This document shows positions 35,581-49,078 of a stretch of 64,000 nt of DNA, one piece after another. Every line of letters starts with the position of its first letter. The first letter of the stretch is position 1. Position numbers and translations under genes: made by a program. The notes under the pieces are model-generated. The model saw only the letters and a list, made by a program, of their open reading frames with translations, did no database searches and had not been told where the DNA came from. The stretch is from Mobula hypostoma (taxonomy: Eukaryota), in contig NC_086108.1 in the NCBI RefSeq assembly GCF_963921235.1, forward strand, positions 310,001 to 374,000. The letters are read 5' to 3'.

Positions 35581-38159
35581 TTGCTCTCTCCCTCGATGCC
35601 CAAAATGCTGAAGGCTGTAACTAAAGAATGGGCTACGAATCCCCTACAACCAACCTCCACTGGGAGACACCTCGCTCTCCATCCAGCCTGCTGACAGTTG
35701 CTGACCAGTCCTGCGTACTTGGAGAGCTTCCTTTCAAAGGCCTATCTAAGCTATCTTCCCATGGGACTGTCAGCTCCAGCAGCACCACTTGCTTAGTCGA
35801 CTCAGACACTAGGACAATGTCAGGTCGCAGGGTGGTGGCTGCGATATTGTTGGGGAACTTCAGCTGCCCTTCGAGGTCCACCAACAGCTGCCAGTCCCTA
35901 GCAGAGGTCAGAATGCCTGCAGATGGAGAATGGTATAACAATTTAATCCAGGTTATACATTTCAGGCTGAAATTAAACATTTCAAGCACCTTAAATAAGT
36001 AGGGCCATTCAGCCCTGTCAAAGGCTTTTTCAGCGTCTAGGGAAATGACGCATTCAGGATCGGTTTGTGACGGGGTATAGACAATATTTAGAAGTGTACG
36101 AATATTATAAAAAGAATAGCGATTCTTAATAAAACCCGTTTGATCTTCCGAAATAATATAAAGAAGTGCTTTTTTCTAGTCTATTTGCTAATAATTTAGA
36201 AAAAGTCTTGGAGTCAACATTTAACAAGGATATTGGTCTATAAGATGCACATTGAGCAGGGTCTTTATCCTTCTTTAATATTAAAGAGATCAATGCTCTA
36301 TAAAAGGATTCTGGTAGTTTACCAACTTTTAATGAGGCCTCCAGAACCCTGGATAACCAGGGGACTAATGAGGGTGCAAAAGATTTAAAACATTCTACGA
36401 TAAACCCGTCAAGGCCAGGAGCTATCTCCGAGTTCATATAGAAAATAGCATTCTTAATCTCATCAGTAGTGAAGGAAGTTTCTAACATAGAACATATATC
36501 GTGTGATATCTTAGGGAAGTCTAGGTTATCTAAAAAGTCACACATATGTTTAGAATCTCATGGAGATTCTGCTTAATATAAAGAGGAATAAAAATCAAAG
36601 AAGGATTGATTAATCTCAGCTTGATCAAACGTCAGTTGATCTTTTTGATTATAAATCTGATTAACTTGAAGTTTAATAGAATTAGTCTTCAACTGATTAG
36701 CCAACAGTTTACCAACTTTGTCACTATGTATATAAAATTCACTTCTTGTCTTCGTGAATTGGTTTGCAATAGAGGACGAAGGTAATGAACTGTGTTCCAT
36801 TTGAAGTTCAGTTCTTTGTTTATACAGCTTCTCAGAAGGAGCTGTAGCATATTTCTTATCTATTTCCTTAATCTTGTCCACAAGAGCAAGCTCTTCCTTC
36901 TTCAACCTTTTCCTCAAAGCAGCAGCGTACGAAATAATCTGGCCACAAACATAAGCTTTGAAGGAATCCCAAAGGGTGTTCACGGATATATCCTCTGTAC
37001 TGTTAATTGTGAAAAAAAGATCAATTTGTTCATTCATGAAGTTAACAAAATCCAAGTCCTGAAGAAACAGCGAATTAAAACGCCATTGTCTATTGTTATG
37101 AGCATTGGCCAATAATTTAATAGAAAGCTCAAGTGGAGCATGGTCCAAAATGGTTATAGAGTCATATTCACATTTAACTACTGAAGAAATAAGACGAGAG
37201 TCAATAAAAATAATCAATTCTTGAGTAAAAGTGATGAAGAGGCACAAAGATCAGCTGCTTCACCACCATTCAGGTTACATCCCAGCTGGAACATTACCTT
37301 CCTCTTCTCAGGACTCCAAACACATTCTGGCCAACCATTGCCCAATGGATCTCTGCTCAAAGGGGCCCCTACTCAGGACTTTCTCCACCTGGAACGAGAG
37401 GACAGGGCTGCACTCCACCGTAGCAGAACATTCAGATAGAGCATCAAAGTCAGAGTCCAGTCCACTGTCTCACACACACAAGTACATGTATGAACACAGG
37501 TGCAATGAAACGCTTGCTGCAGCATCACAGACACGTGGCATCAGATGAGCTGTATTCACCAGAAAAACATCAATCATACAGTTTTTTTTACAAGGAAGCA
37601 CAACTAGAATAAAATAAAGCTCAGACTGAGAGCAAAGTGCTCATAGTGATTAGGGTTTTAACCAGTTGGGTCAATAACTGAATATTTTAAGGAAAGTAGT
37701 TGTTCTTGAACCTGGTGGTGGGAGATTTAGGAGCTAAGAGGGAAGATGACTAAAGTATATAAAACTGTGGGACATAGAGATAGGGTGGTGTTGGTATTGG
37801 CATTAACTTCTGCAAAGGTAGATGTCAAGTCTTCACTTAGAACAGCAGTTCCCAACCTGGGGTCCATGGACCTCTCAATGGGAAGCCTCCATAGCATAAG
37901 AAAGGTTGGGAGCCCCTGACTTAGAACAGTACACATCTCCTGCCTCCACACAATGGCAATGTCTTCAGTTTCTCGTTGGACCAATCCTTCCCCCTGTGGA
38001 GCTCTCAGTATTTGTTGTAAGCCACCCTCTCTTCGGTTCAGCCTACTCTGTATGCTCCTCTACCTCCCTGGATTTTGATTTGGGAATTGCTTCTTTTCTT
38101 GGTTTATACTCATTCTCGCTGCTCCTTCAATCACTCGCACACCTTCAAGTAACTCCCTG

Positions 38160-39738
38160 GCCTTTAGCATTATCATGGAAAAGCATAGAATCAGACAGCA
38201 CAGGAACATTTTTAATTGGGGAAGGGCAAATTATGAGGCTATAAGACTAGAACTTGCAGGTGTGAATTGGGATGATGTTTTTGCAGGGAAATGTACTATG
38301 GACATGTGGTCGATGTTTAGAGATCTCTTGCAGGATGTTAGGGATAAATTTGTCCCGGTGAGGAAGATAAAGAACAGTAGGGTGAAGGAACCATGGGTGA
38401 CAAGTGAGGTGGAAAATCTAGTCAGGTGGAAGAAGGCAGCATACATGAGGTTTAGGAAGCAAGAATCAGATGGGTCTATTGAGGAATATAGAGAAGCAAG
38501 AAAGGAGCTTAAGAAGGGTCTGAGAAGAGCAAGAAGGGGGCATGAGAAAGTCTTGGTGAGTAGGGTAAAGGAAACCCCCAAGGCATTCTTCAATTATGTG
38601 AAGAAAAAAAGGATGACAGGAGTGAAGGTAGGACCGATTAGAGATAAAGGTGGGAAGATGTGCCTGCAGGCTGTGGAAGCGAGTGAGGTCCTCAATGAAT
38701 ACTTCTCTTCGGTATTCACCAATGAGAGGGAACTTGATGATGGTGAAGACAATATGAGTGAGGTTGATGTTCTGGAGCATGTTGATATTAAGGGAGAGGA
38801 GGTGTTAGAGTTGTTAAAATACATTAGGATGGATAAGTCCCCGGGGACGGAATATTCCCCAGGCTGCTCCACGAGGCGAGGGAGGAGATTGCTGAGCCTC
38901 TGGCTAGGATCTTTATGTCCTCGTTGTCCACGGGAATGGTACCGGAGGATTGGAGGGAAGCGAATGCTGTTCCCTTGTTCAAAAAAGGTAGTACGGATAG
39001 TCCGGGTAATTATAGACCAGTGAGCCTTATGTTTATGGTGGGAAAGCTGTTGGAAAAGATTCTTAAAGAGAGCATATATGGGCATTTAGAGAATCATGGT
39101 CTGATCGGGGGCAATCAGCATGGCTTTGTGAAGGGCAGATCGTGTCTAACAAGCCTGATAGAGTTCTTTGAGGAGGTGACCAGGCATATAGATGAGGGTA
39201 GTAAAGTGGATGTGATCTATATGGATTTTAGTAAGGCATTTGACAAGGTTCCACAGAGTAGGCTTATTCAGAAAGTCAGAAGGCATGGGATCGAGGGAAA
39301 TTTGGCCAGGTGGATTCAGAATTGGCTTGCCTGCAGAAGGCAGAGGGTGGTGGTGGAGGGAGTATATTCAGATTGGAGGGTTGTGACTAGTGGTGTCCCA
39401 CAAGGACCTGTTCTGGGACCTCTACTTTTCGTGATTTTTATTAACGACCTGGATGTGGGGGTAGAGGGGTGGGTTGGCAAGTTTGCAGATGACACAAAGG
39501 TTGGTGGTGTTGTAGATAGTGTAGAGGATTGTCGAAGATTTCAGAGAGACATTGATAGGATGCAGAAGTGGGCTGAGAAGTGGCAAATGGAGTTCAACCC
39601 GGAGAAGTGTGAGGTGGTACACTTTGGAAGGACAAACTCCAAGGCAGAGTACAAAGTAAATGGCAGGATACTTGGTAGTGTGGAGGAGCAGAGGGATCTG
39701 GGGGTACATGTCCACAGATCCCTGAAAGTTGTCTCACA
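38160..39738 (+). mobile_element. CR1 ORF2 middle portion (different subfamily), 3' end missing
   Basis: ORFs 38175-39023 and 38915-39790 with MDFSKAFD, GVPQGPVLGP and FADD. Confidence 0.9.
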
Positions 39739-40200
39739 GGGGGAGGGGGAGAGCCAAAATGATAGGAGAAGACAGGAGGGGGATGGATGAAGCCAAGAGC
39801 TGGACAGTTGATTGGCAAAAGGGATATGAGAGGATCATGGGACAGAAGGCCCAGGGAGAAGGAAAGGTGGGGGGACCCAGAGGATGGGCAAGGAGTATAG
39901 TCAGAGGGACAGAGGGAGAAAAAGGATAGAGAGAAAAAGAATGTGTGTATATAAATAAATAACGGATGGGGTACGAGGTGGAGGTGGGGCATTAGCGGAA
40001 GTTTGAGAAGTTAATGTTCATGCCATCAGGTTGGAGGCTACCCAGACGGAATATCAGGTGTTGTTCCTCCAACCTGAGTGTGGCTTCATCTTTACAGTAG
40101 AGGAGGCCGTGGATAGACATATCAGAATGGGAATGGGATGTGGAATTAAAATGTGTGGCCACTGGGAGATCCTGCTTTCTCTGGCGGAAAGAGCGTAGGT
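39739..40200 (-). mobile_element. Penelope fragment
   Basis: DLPVATHFNSTSHSHSDM...RLEEQHLIFRLGSLQPDGMN. Confidence 0.85.
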
Positions 40201-40204
40201 ACTC

Positions 40205-41960
40205 CCTCCACACTGTGCTGCACCGGGCAGGAAGTTCTCGGACAGCCTCGCACTGCTGAGAGACACCATTGCCTACGTGCAGGTCAGCGGGGTGAACGCC
40301 AGTCTGATCAGCTTGGACCAGGAGAAAACCTTTGACAGGATATCGCACACGTACATGGCGGACGTGCTCTCCAAAATGGGATTTGGGGAGGGAATCCGGA
40401 AGTGGATCAGACTGCTCTACACAGACATCCGTAGTGCAGTCGAGGTCAACGGGCGGGAAACAGACAGCTTCCCCATCAGGGCTGTCCCCTCTCCCCTGTC
40501 TTGTTCATGTGCTGCATAGAACCCTTTGCGGAAGCCATCAGGAGGGATGAGGGCATAAGAGGGGTGACGCTACCAGGCAGTGGAGGGACCCAAGTGAAAA
40601 CTTCCCTGTACATGGACGACGAAATCGTCTTCTGCTCTGATCCGAGGTCAGTTCGCAGGTTGATTGGCATCTGCGAACAGTTCGAGCAAGCTTCAGGGGC
40701 CAGGGTCAACCGCACGAAGAGCGAAGCCATGCTCTTCGGCAACTGGCCCGACCGATCTAGTGTCCCCTTCACCATCAGGTCTGATCATGTGAAGGTGTTG
40801 GGGATCTGGCTCGGAGGGGCCGAGGCGTACAACAAGAACCGGCAGGAGCGGACTGCCAAGGTGAAACAGAAACTGGGACTATGGGGAGGGCGCTCCCTGT
40901 CGATAACGGGCAAGAACCTCGTCATCAGGTGTGAGGTGCTCTCAGGGCTGCTGTACTTGGCGCAGGTGGGGCCCGTCCCCTGCTCCTACAGCTCGGAAAT
41001 CACCCGAGCCGTCTTCAGATTCGTCTGGGGATGCAGGATGGAGCGAGTTAGACGGACCGTCATCCACAAGTCCCTGGACAATGGGGAGGGAGGGGGGGAA
41101 ACGTCCTCAATGTCGCCCTCACCCTGATGGCCAGCTTCGCGAGTGGCTGCATCAGGCTGTGCGTGGATCCCAGATACGTGGGCACTAAGTACCACTACCT
41201 GTTGCCCTGGCTACGAAGGATGTGCCCGGCCCCGCTCCCGCGCAACACCCCTGCCAGCTGCTCGTTACCTCCATACCTGTCCTTCGTAGAAAAATTCTTC
41301 AAGGCCAACGCATTTGTCCACAAGGCAAAAAATTAGACACTGGTCGGCACGTACTGTCCTGCAGGAACTGCAGGAGAAGGACGTGACGGACACAGTCAGG
41401 TGGTTCCCTCAGCAGACTGTCCAGTATATTTGGCAAATTGCCTCATCGCCACACCTCACCAACAGGCACAAAGACCTCGCCTGGCTGCCGGTGAGAGGGG
41501 CCCTCCCAGTCAGATCGCTCCTGTACGCCCGGAACGGCGCCTCCACACCCCGTTGCCCACGGGAGGACTGTGATGGGCTGCAGTCGCTGGCTCACCTTGT
41601 GGGTTCGCGAAGAAGGTGTGCTGGAGAATGGAAGGGACGGACGGTGTTAACATTCATGCCCAGCAGCTGCGTTACCGAGGACACCGTCATCTACGGGCTG
41701 TTCCCGGGGACACACACGGAGACAAACATCCGGTGCTGCTGGCAGGTCGTCAATTCGGTGAAAGACGCTCTTTGGTCGGCCCGAAACTTGCTAGTCTACC
41801 AGCACATGGAGATGTCGGTGACGGAAGGCTGCCGACTGGCTCACTCTCGCCTGCAGGAGTACGTGCCGAGGGACGCACTCAAGCTTGGTGCGGCCACCGC
41901 GAAGGCCCGGTGGGGAAGGAGCACAGTTTAAGGTTCGTCACCCGCGGGAGTGGGAGTGGG
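40205..41960 (+). mobile_element. Tx1-like ORF2 (RT to C-terminus), frameshifted
   Basis: SLDQEKTFDRISHTY, LYMDD, FEQASGARVN, VKVLGIW, VRGALPVR, VNSVKDALWSARN. Confidence 0.88.
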
Positions 41961-41964
41961 TTTT

Positions 41965-42812
41965 TTCCAAAAACTAGCTGAAACTAACCCTAACTCTCAT
42001 CTGAGCACAGCACAAGGTTCCACAGTCTTTTGGTCCAACTGAGATGAGCTCGGGCCCAGAGAACTCGCCGGCGTTTCTGCATAGAGTTGTTGTATGGCTT
42101 CCTCCTTGTGTAATACAGTTTCAACTTGCATTTCTGGATGCAGCAACGGACTGTGTTGAGTGACAATAGTTTTCCAAAGTACTACCGAGCCCAGTGGCTA
42201 TAATTGTCACAGTAGCGTGACGGTTTCTTAGGCAGTGCTGTCTGAAGGCTCAAAGATCACACGCATTCAACAGTGGTTTCCAACCTTGCCCTTTACTCAC
42301 TGAGATGTCTCTGAATCTTTTCACAATATTATGTACTGTAGATATTGAAAGACCTAAATTCTCTGCAATCTTGCATTGAGAAATGTTCCTTTTGAACTGA
42401 CTAACAATTCTGTCACGAATTTTGGTACAAAGGGGTGAGCCACGACCCATCCTTGCTTGCAAAGACTGAGCCTTTGATGGACGCTACTTTTATACCCAGT
42501 CATGATACTTCACCTGCTACCAATTAGCCTGCTCAATGTGGAGTCTTCCAAACCGGTGTTACTTGAATATTCTGTGCACTTTTCAATCTTATTTTAACTC
42601 TGTCCCAACTTCTGTTGAGTGTGTTGCAGCCATCAAATTCTAAATTTGTGTATATTTACAAAATACAATTAAGTTGGTCAATAAAACTATTGAAAATCTT
42701 TTCTTTGTACTTTTGTCAGTTAAGTAAAGGTTCACGTGAATTAACATATCACAGATTTTTGTTTTATTGCATTTTGGAAAATATCCCAACTTTTCTGGAA
42801 ATGGGGTTTGTA
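41965..42812 (-). mobile_element. Tc1/mariner left end and transposase N-terminus
   Basis: On the minus strand TA-caaaccccatttccagaaaagttggga; HTH MGRGSPLCTKIRDRIVSQFKRNISQCKIAENLGLSISTVHNIVKRF. Confidence 0.75.
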
Positions 42813-42869
42813 CATCTGCTGAATACTCATGTCACTCTACAGGTACGCAGCGGAGATAATCCTAACACA

Positions 42870-44280
42870 CTGTGTCGCTGCTCGGTACAGACACTGCTCT
42901 GCGTCAGACAGGAAGTCTCTACAACGGGCAGTCAAAGCTGCCCAACACGTCACCGGTACCAGCCTACCCACCATCAAGGACACACAGTATATACAGAAAG
43001 GTGCCAGGAAAGGACCAGTGATATCGTGAAGGATCCCACCCACCCTGCTCATGGACTGTTTGTCCCACTCCCATCAAGGAGGCTGCATAGTCTCATCACC
43101 AGGATCATCAGACTCAAACACGGTTACTTTCCCCAAGCAGTAAGGCTGATCAACATGTCCACCCACTAACCCACCCCTCCACACTCCCAACCACCATTCT
43201 TTATCATTTCCTATCAAATCACCTTGTGTACAGACACTCCTGTGCCCAGCGTCACTTTATGGACATACAATCAATCTATGGATATAAACTATTTATATTT
43301 ATTGTATTTTGTTACTATTGTGTGCTTTATCCTATAGTGTTTTTTTGTGCTACATCGGATCTGGAGTAAGAATTATTTTGTTCTTTGCACTTGTGTACTA
43401 GAAATGACATTAAATAATTTTAAATCTTGAATCTTTAACCTGCACTCTCTTGTTTTAGACACCCCCACCAAGGCAAAAAGATTTGTATTGGTTCCAGCTC
43501 TATCAGGTCATCCCTCAGCCTCTTCCACTCCAGGGAAAACAAACCCAGCCTTCCCAATCTCTCCTTATAGCTCTAATGCTCCAACTCATGGAATATGCCG
43601 GCAATTTCCTCTGCACTCTCTCCAGTGCAATAACATCCTTCCAGGAATGTACAGGCTACACCACCTCTGATTTGTAAAGTTGTCAAAGCTCTTGTACTCT
43701 ATGCGATGACTGATGAAGGCAGGCATCCCATGTGCCTTCTCCACCACCTTATAACCACTGAGCCCTCAAACCCCACGTTGTCACCGTCTCGCTATATAAC
43801 GGCTTGGTACGGCAACTGCTCTGCCCACGACCGCACCAAACTGCAGAGGGTTGTGGACACATCTCAGGACTACACTCCTACACTCTCCTCTGTGGACTTT
43901 GACTACATTTCTCACTGCCTCAGTAAAGCAGCCAGCACTATCAAAGAGCCCACCTACCCAGGACATTGGCTCTTCTCCCCCTCTCCCATCGGGCAGGAGA
44001 TACAAGAGCCTGAAAGCCTGTCCCAAAAGGTTCAAAGACAGCTTCCATTCCACTCTCAAACAGACGATAAGGTGGACTCTTGGCCTCACAATCCACCACA
44101 TTATGATCTTCTACTTCATTGTTTACCTGCAGTGCATTTTTTTGGCAGCTTTATTCTGCATTGCTATAGTTTCTGGTTCAGTGCAATGTGTAATGATCTG
44201 ATCTGTATGGACACCGTGCAAGATAAGTTTTTGACTGTATCTCGGCATATGTGACAAGAATAAACCAATTCCAGTACCAG
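42870..44280 (+). mobile_element. Two Rex1/Babar 3' fragments flanking a small minus-strand CR1 piece
   Basis: KDPTHPAHGLFVPLPS; ITAWYGNCSAHDRTKLQRVV, PSGRRYKSL. Confidence 0.65.
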
Positions 44281-44466
44281 TACCGTCAGAAGCAATCCCA
44301 ATCATTGCTCACAGTTACAACAGTGCGTGGTGTCAAATCCCAAGGTGGCACCTGAACCAAGTTACACATCGAGACAGCATGTTCAGATGAGTGTTGAAGG
44401 GGATCTGTGGAAACTGCTTGCCATCTGATCTGCTTCCTGATAACCTCTTACTAGGCAAGTACTTAC

Positions 44467-44582
44467 TGTGAAAAGGCTGAGGCGTCACTTCAAGTGCTTG
44501 TGGACAGAACCGGGGTCCCGGAGACTTGAGAGATGTCGGCTGCCAGTTCCCGGTGACTTATGTTTGAAGTGGAAGGAAAGGA
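44467..44582 (-). pseudogene. AGAP2: 3' part of an AGAP2-like linker exon with frameshift and nonsense codon, truncated by a CR1
   Basis: Reads SFPSTSNISHRELAADISQVSGTP-[frameshift]-(G)SVHKHLK*RLSLFT|GTAAGT, resembling AGAP2 SLPSSPNVGHREL...STPGSLHRAAKRRTSLFA. TGA stands in place of Arg; a CR1 tail abuts at 44583. Confidence 0.72.
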
Positions 44583-45431
44583 TAGAACATAGAACGTAGA
44601 ATAGTACAGCACAGTACAGGCCCTTCAGCCCACAATGTTGTGCCGACCCTCAAACCCTGCCTCCCATATAAGCCCCCACCTTAAATTCCTCCATATACCT
44701 GTCTAGTAGTCTCTTAAACTTCACTAGTGTATCTGCCTCCACCACTGACTCAGGCAATGCATTCCACGCACCAACTACTCTCTGAGTGAAAAACCTTCCT
44801 CTAATATCCCCCTTGAACTTCACACCCCTTACCTTAAAGCCATGTCCTCTTGTATTGAGCAGTGGTGCCCTGGGGAAGAGGGGCTGGCTATCCACTCTAT
44901 CTATTCCTCTTATTATCTTGTACACCTCTATCATGTCCCCGCTCATCCTCCTTCTCTCCAAAGAGTAAAGCCCCAGCTCCCTTAATCTCTGATCATAATG
45001 CATACTCTCTAAACCAGGCAGCATCCTGGTAAATCTCCTCTGTACCCTTTCCAATGCTTCCACATCCTTCCTATAGTGAGGCGACCAGAACGGGACACAG
45101 TACTCCAAGTGTGGCCTAACCAGGGTTTTATAGAGCTGCACCATTACATCGCGACTCTTAAACTCTATCCCCCGACTTATGAAAGCTAACACCCCATAAG
45201 CTTTCTTAATTATCCTATCCATCTGTGAGGCAACTTTCAGGGATCTGTGGACATGTACCCCCAGATCCCTCTGCTCCTCCACACTACCAAGTATCCTGCC
45301 ATTTACTTTTACTCTGCCTTGGAGTTTGTCCTTCCAAAGTGTACCACCTCACACTTCTCCGGGTTGAACTCCATCTGCCACTTCTCAGCCCACTTCTGCA
45401 TCCTATCAATGTCTCTCTGCAATCTTTGACA
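44583..45431 (-). mobile_element. 5'-truncated CR1 abutting the AGAP2-like exon
   Basis: ORF 44650-45282 with LVRPHLEYC and FFTQRVVGAWN; tail at 44583-44600. Confidence 0.9.
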
Positions 45432-45673
45432 ATGTTGCTCCTCCACCATGAGAGTGGCCTCATTGTGGCAAAAGAGGATGCCATTATCTAGTATGCCCGA
45501 ATGGGAATGGGAATGGGTACTTACTTTAGAAATTAACCTTAGCTCTCTATTTTTCTAAGCTCCATATACCTGCCTAGGAATCTCATAAAAGAGCCTATCA
45601 CATCTGCCTCCACCCCTGTTGCTGGCAGCCCATTCCATCACTGTGTAAAAAACATACCCTTGATTTACCTCTG

Positions 45674-45905
45674 TGTGGCGCGTGACCAAGTGGTTAGGGC
45701 GTTGGACTAGCGATCTGAAGGTCATGGGTTTGAGCCTCGGCCGAGGCAGCGTGTGTGTCCTTGAGCAAGGCACTTAACCACACAATGCTGAGAATGGGTA
45801 TCGGCAAAAAAGTGCTGGGGGTTAACCTCGCGATAGACTGGCGTCCTATCCGGGGCGGGCTGGGGTTAGTCTCATACTCTCAGTTGCTCTCTGCCACAAG
45901 GCTTG
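45674..45905 (+). mobile_element. tRNA-derived SINE
   Basis: A-box tgaccaagtgg, B-box-like ggtttgagcc, then gtgtccttgagcaaggcacttaacc. Confidence 0.6.
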
Positions 45906-45929
45906 TGACAGATTTTAATCTAATCTCCT

Positions 45930-48420
45930 TCCATATAACCATAACAGCACAGAAACAGGCCATCTCGGCCCTTCTAGTCCATGCCAAACTCACCTAGTCC
46001 CACCAACCTGCATTCAGCCCATAACCCTCCATTCCTATCCTGTCCATATATCTATCCAATTTAACTTTAAATGACAACATCGAACCTGCCTTAACCACTT
46101 CTGCTGGAAGCTCGTTCCACACAGCTACCACTCTCTGAGTAAAGAAGTTCCCCCTCATGTTACCCCTAAACTTTTGTCCTTCAACTCTCAACTCATGTCC
46201 TCTTGTTTCAATCTCCCCCATTCTCAATGGAAAAAGCCTATCCACGTCAACTCTATCAATCCCCCTCATAATTTTAAACACCTCTATCAAGTCCCCCCTC
46301 AACCTTCTACACTCCAAAGAATAAAGACCTAACTTGTTCAATCTTTCTCTGTAACTTAGGAGATGAAACCCAGGCAACATTTTAGTAAACCTCCTCTGTT
46401 CTCTCAATTTTATTGACATCTTTTCTATAATTCGGTGACCAGAACTGTACACAATACAATGTCTTATACAAATTCAACATTACATCCCAACTCCTATACT
46501 CAATGCTCTGATTTATAAAGGCCAGCATACCAAAAGCTTTCTTCACCACCCTATCCACCCTATTCCTAGATCCTGCTGTTCTACAGCATTCTTCAATGCC
46601 CCACCATTTACCATGTATGTCCTATTTTGATTAGTTCTACCAAAATGTAGCACCTCACATTTTTCAGCATTAAACTCCATCTGCCATCTTTCAGCCCACT
46701 CTTCTAACTGGCCTAAATCTCTCTGCAAACTTTGAAAACCTACTTCATCATCCACAACACCACCTATCTTAGTATCATCTGCATACTTACTAATCCAATT
46801 TATCACCCCATCATCCAGATCATTAATATATATGACAAACAACACTGGACCCAGTACAGATCCCTGAGGCACACCGCTACACACCGTCCTCCAATCTGAC
46901 ACACAGTTATCCACCACTACTCTCTGGCGTCTCCCATCTAGCCACTGCTGAATCCATTTTACTACTTCGATATTAATGCCTAACCATTGAACCTTCCTAA
47001 CTAACCTTCCATGTGGACCCCTGTCAAAGGCTTTACTGAAGTCCGTATAGACAATATCCACCACTTTACCCTTGTCAACTTTCTTAGTAACCTCTTCAAA
47101 AAATTCAGTAAGATTTGTCAAACCTGACCTTCCACACAGCAATCCATGTTGACGGTTCCTAATCAGACCCTGTCTATCCAGATAATTAAATATACCTCTC
47201 TAAGAATACTTTCCATCAATTTACCCACCACTGACGTCAAACTCACTGACGTAAACCTAGCATAATTGCTAGGTTTACACTTAGAACCCTTTTTAAACAA
47301 TGGAACCACATGAGCCAATCCTCCAGCACCATTCCAAGCACCGTAAAACTGTGCCCTCTCGTCTTAGCCATTTCAGCCCTGGGAAAAAGCCTCTGACTAT
47401 CCAGAAGATCAATGCCTCTCATCATCTTATACACCTCTATCAGGTCACCTCTCATTCTCCGCCGCTCCAAGGAGAAAAGACCGAGTTCACTCAGCATGAT
47501 CCCCAATCCAGGTACATCCTTGTAAATCTCCTCTGCACCCTTTCTATGGTTTCCACATCCTTCCTATAGCGAGGCGACCAGAACTGAGCAGAGTACTCCA
47601 AGTGGGGTCTGACCAGGGTCCTATATACCTGCAACATTACCCCTTGGCTCTAAACTCAATCCCACGGTTGATGAAGGTCAATACACTGTATGCTTTCATA
47701 ACCACAGAGCCAACCTGCACAGCAGCTTTGAGCATCCTATGGACTTGGACCCCAAGATCCCTCTGATCCCCCACACTGTCAAGAGTCTTTTTCTTCATTA
47801 ATCTTTTTATTAATTAAAAAAAAGCATAAATACAATCAAGAGGAGAATTCATTCAAATATATATATCAGTCACAATATAATCCAAGATTAAGAAAGACAT
47901 TGTCAAAATCATAGATATTGTTAAACTAGTATAAAATATATAGTAAAAAAATGAAAATAACAATTCTCTTAGCAGTTTATGGAGAGAAAGGAAAAAACAT
48001 TGGGTTTTAAATGAAAAGGAAAAGAAAACCCACTACACTAAACAAAACAAAACAAAAAAAAAGGACTGGGCATTCCATTTTGAGGATACGATCAAAAAAG
48101 AAAGAAAGAAAGACTTTCTGATCAAATCTAAAACTTTGAAATAAAGACTGAAAGATTAATAAACAATTAAATGAAAATATTGGATAAAAGGTCGCCATAT
48201 TGCTAAGAGCCTGACCATTCATACTATATTCAGTCATCATATTTGACCGACCAAAATGAACCACCTCTCACTTATCTACGTTGAACTTCATCTGTCACTT
48301 CTCAGCCCAGTTTTGCATCCTATCAATGTCCCGCTATTCACACTGTCCACAACCCTGCCAATCATTGTGTCATCCGCAAATTTACTAACCTATACCTCCA
48401 CTTCCTCATCCAGGTCAATT
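45930..48420 (-). mobile_element. Two adjacent CR1 fragments; the second is interrupted by an L1 3' end (about 47788-48200)
   Basis: YADD/FADD RT motifs; A-rich L1 tail with diverged TSD tgtcaagagtct / tgctaagagcct. Confidence 0.8.
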
Positions 48421-49078
48421 GGTGGCCACCAAGAGGTCCTGTTGTCTTCTGCTGGATGGACTGTAGGTGCTCGTCGAAGTGGTCTCCCAATCTGGGCCGG
48501 GTCTCACAGGTGAAATGTCGCCTCACCTGGAAGGACTGTTTGGGCCCCGAATGGTAGTGAGGGAGGAGATCCAGGGGCAGGTGTGGCACTTCAACTGGTG
48601 GCCACCAATTTTAATTCTATTTCCCATTCCCATTCCAACATGTCGGTCCATGGCCTTCTCTACTGCCGCTATGAGGCCACACTCGGGTTGGAGGAACAAC
48701 TCCTTATTCCGTCTGGGTAGCCTCAAACCTGATGGCATCAACATCAATTTCTCCTGCTTCTGGTAATGACCCCCCCACTTCACTATTCCCCATTCCCATT
48801 TTGCTCCCTCACCTTATCTCCTTACCTGCCCATCACCTCCCTCTGGTGCTCTTCCCCCTTCCCTTTCTTCCATGGCCTTCTGTCCTCTCCTATCAGATTC
48901 CCCCTTCTCCAGCCCTTTATCTCTTTCATCAATTTCTCAGATCTTTACCTCACCACTCCCCATCTCATGGTTTCACCTATCACCAACAACCTTGTACATC
49001 TTCCCCCGCCTTCTTAATCTGATCTCATCTTTTTTTTTCTAGTCCTGATGAAGCATCTTGGCCTAAAACGACAACTGC
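48420..49078. mobile_element. Penelope fragment with an inverted 5' piece
   Basis: GPKQSFQVRRHFTCE on - (48420-48590) joined to LFRLGSLKPDGIN and a pLTR on +. Confidence 0.7.

Larger units (their letters stand above)
32310..35917 (-). mobile_element. Hero-clade (restriction-like endonuclease) LINE 3' end, split by CR1 (pieces at 32310-32563 and 35584-35917)
   Basis: DWQLLVDLEGQLKFP...LRPDIVLVSESTKQVVLLELTVPWE and ...GIEGE|RKRRAIRSTTDVAERASGWLWLKRGEPWSH*. Confidence 0.8.
28599..37235 (-). mobile_element. 5'-truncated L1-clade LINE (pieces at 28599-30224, 31710-32310, 35918-37235) with nested insertions and a 17-bp TSD
   Basis: ORF2 remnants LWDSFKAY, APGLDGF, YRPISLLNVD, GTRQGCPLSP, YLGI and CDRC...HMFWSC; AATAAA and A-rich tail near 28600-28625. 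TSD GAAGAGGCACAAAGATC at 28582-28598 and 37236-37252. Confidence 0.9.

Noticed and set aside
37300..37390. Minus-strand exon-like segment (ttccAG...GAAG|GTAATG)
   Set aside because: It has an in-frame TGA in phase 0 and weak Tx1-like similarity; no host gene could be assigned.
39530..45431. Inversion splitting one CR1 between 39738 (+) and 45225 (-)
   Set aside because: The two pieces overlap by about 200 bp of homologous sequence, which is simpler to explain as independent insertions of one subfamily.
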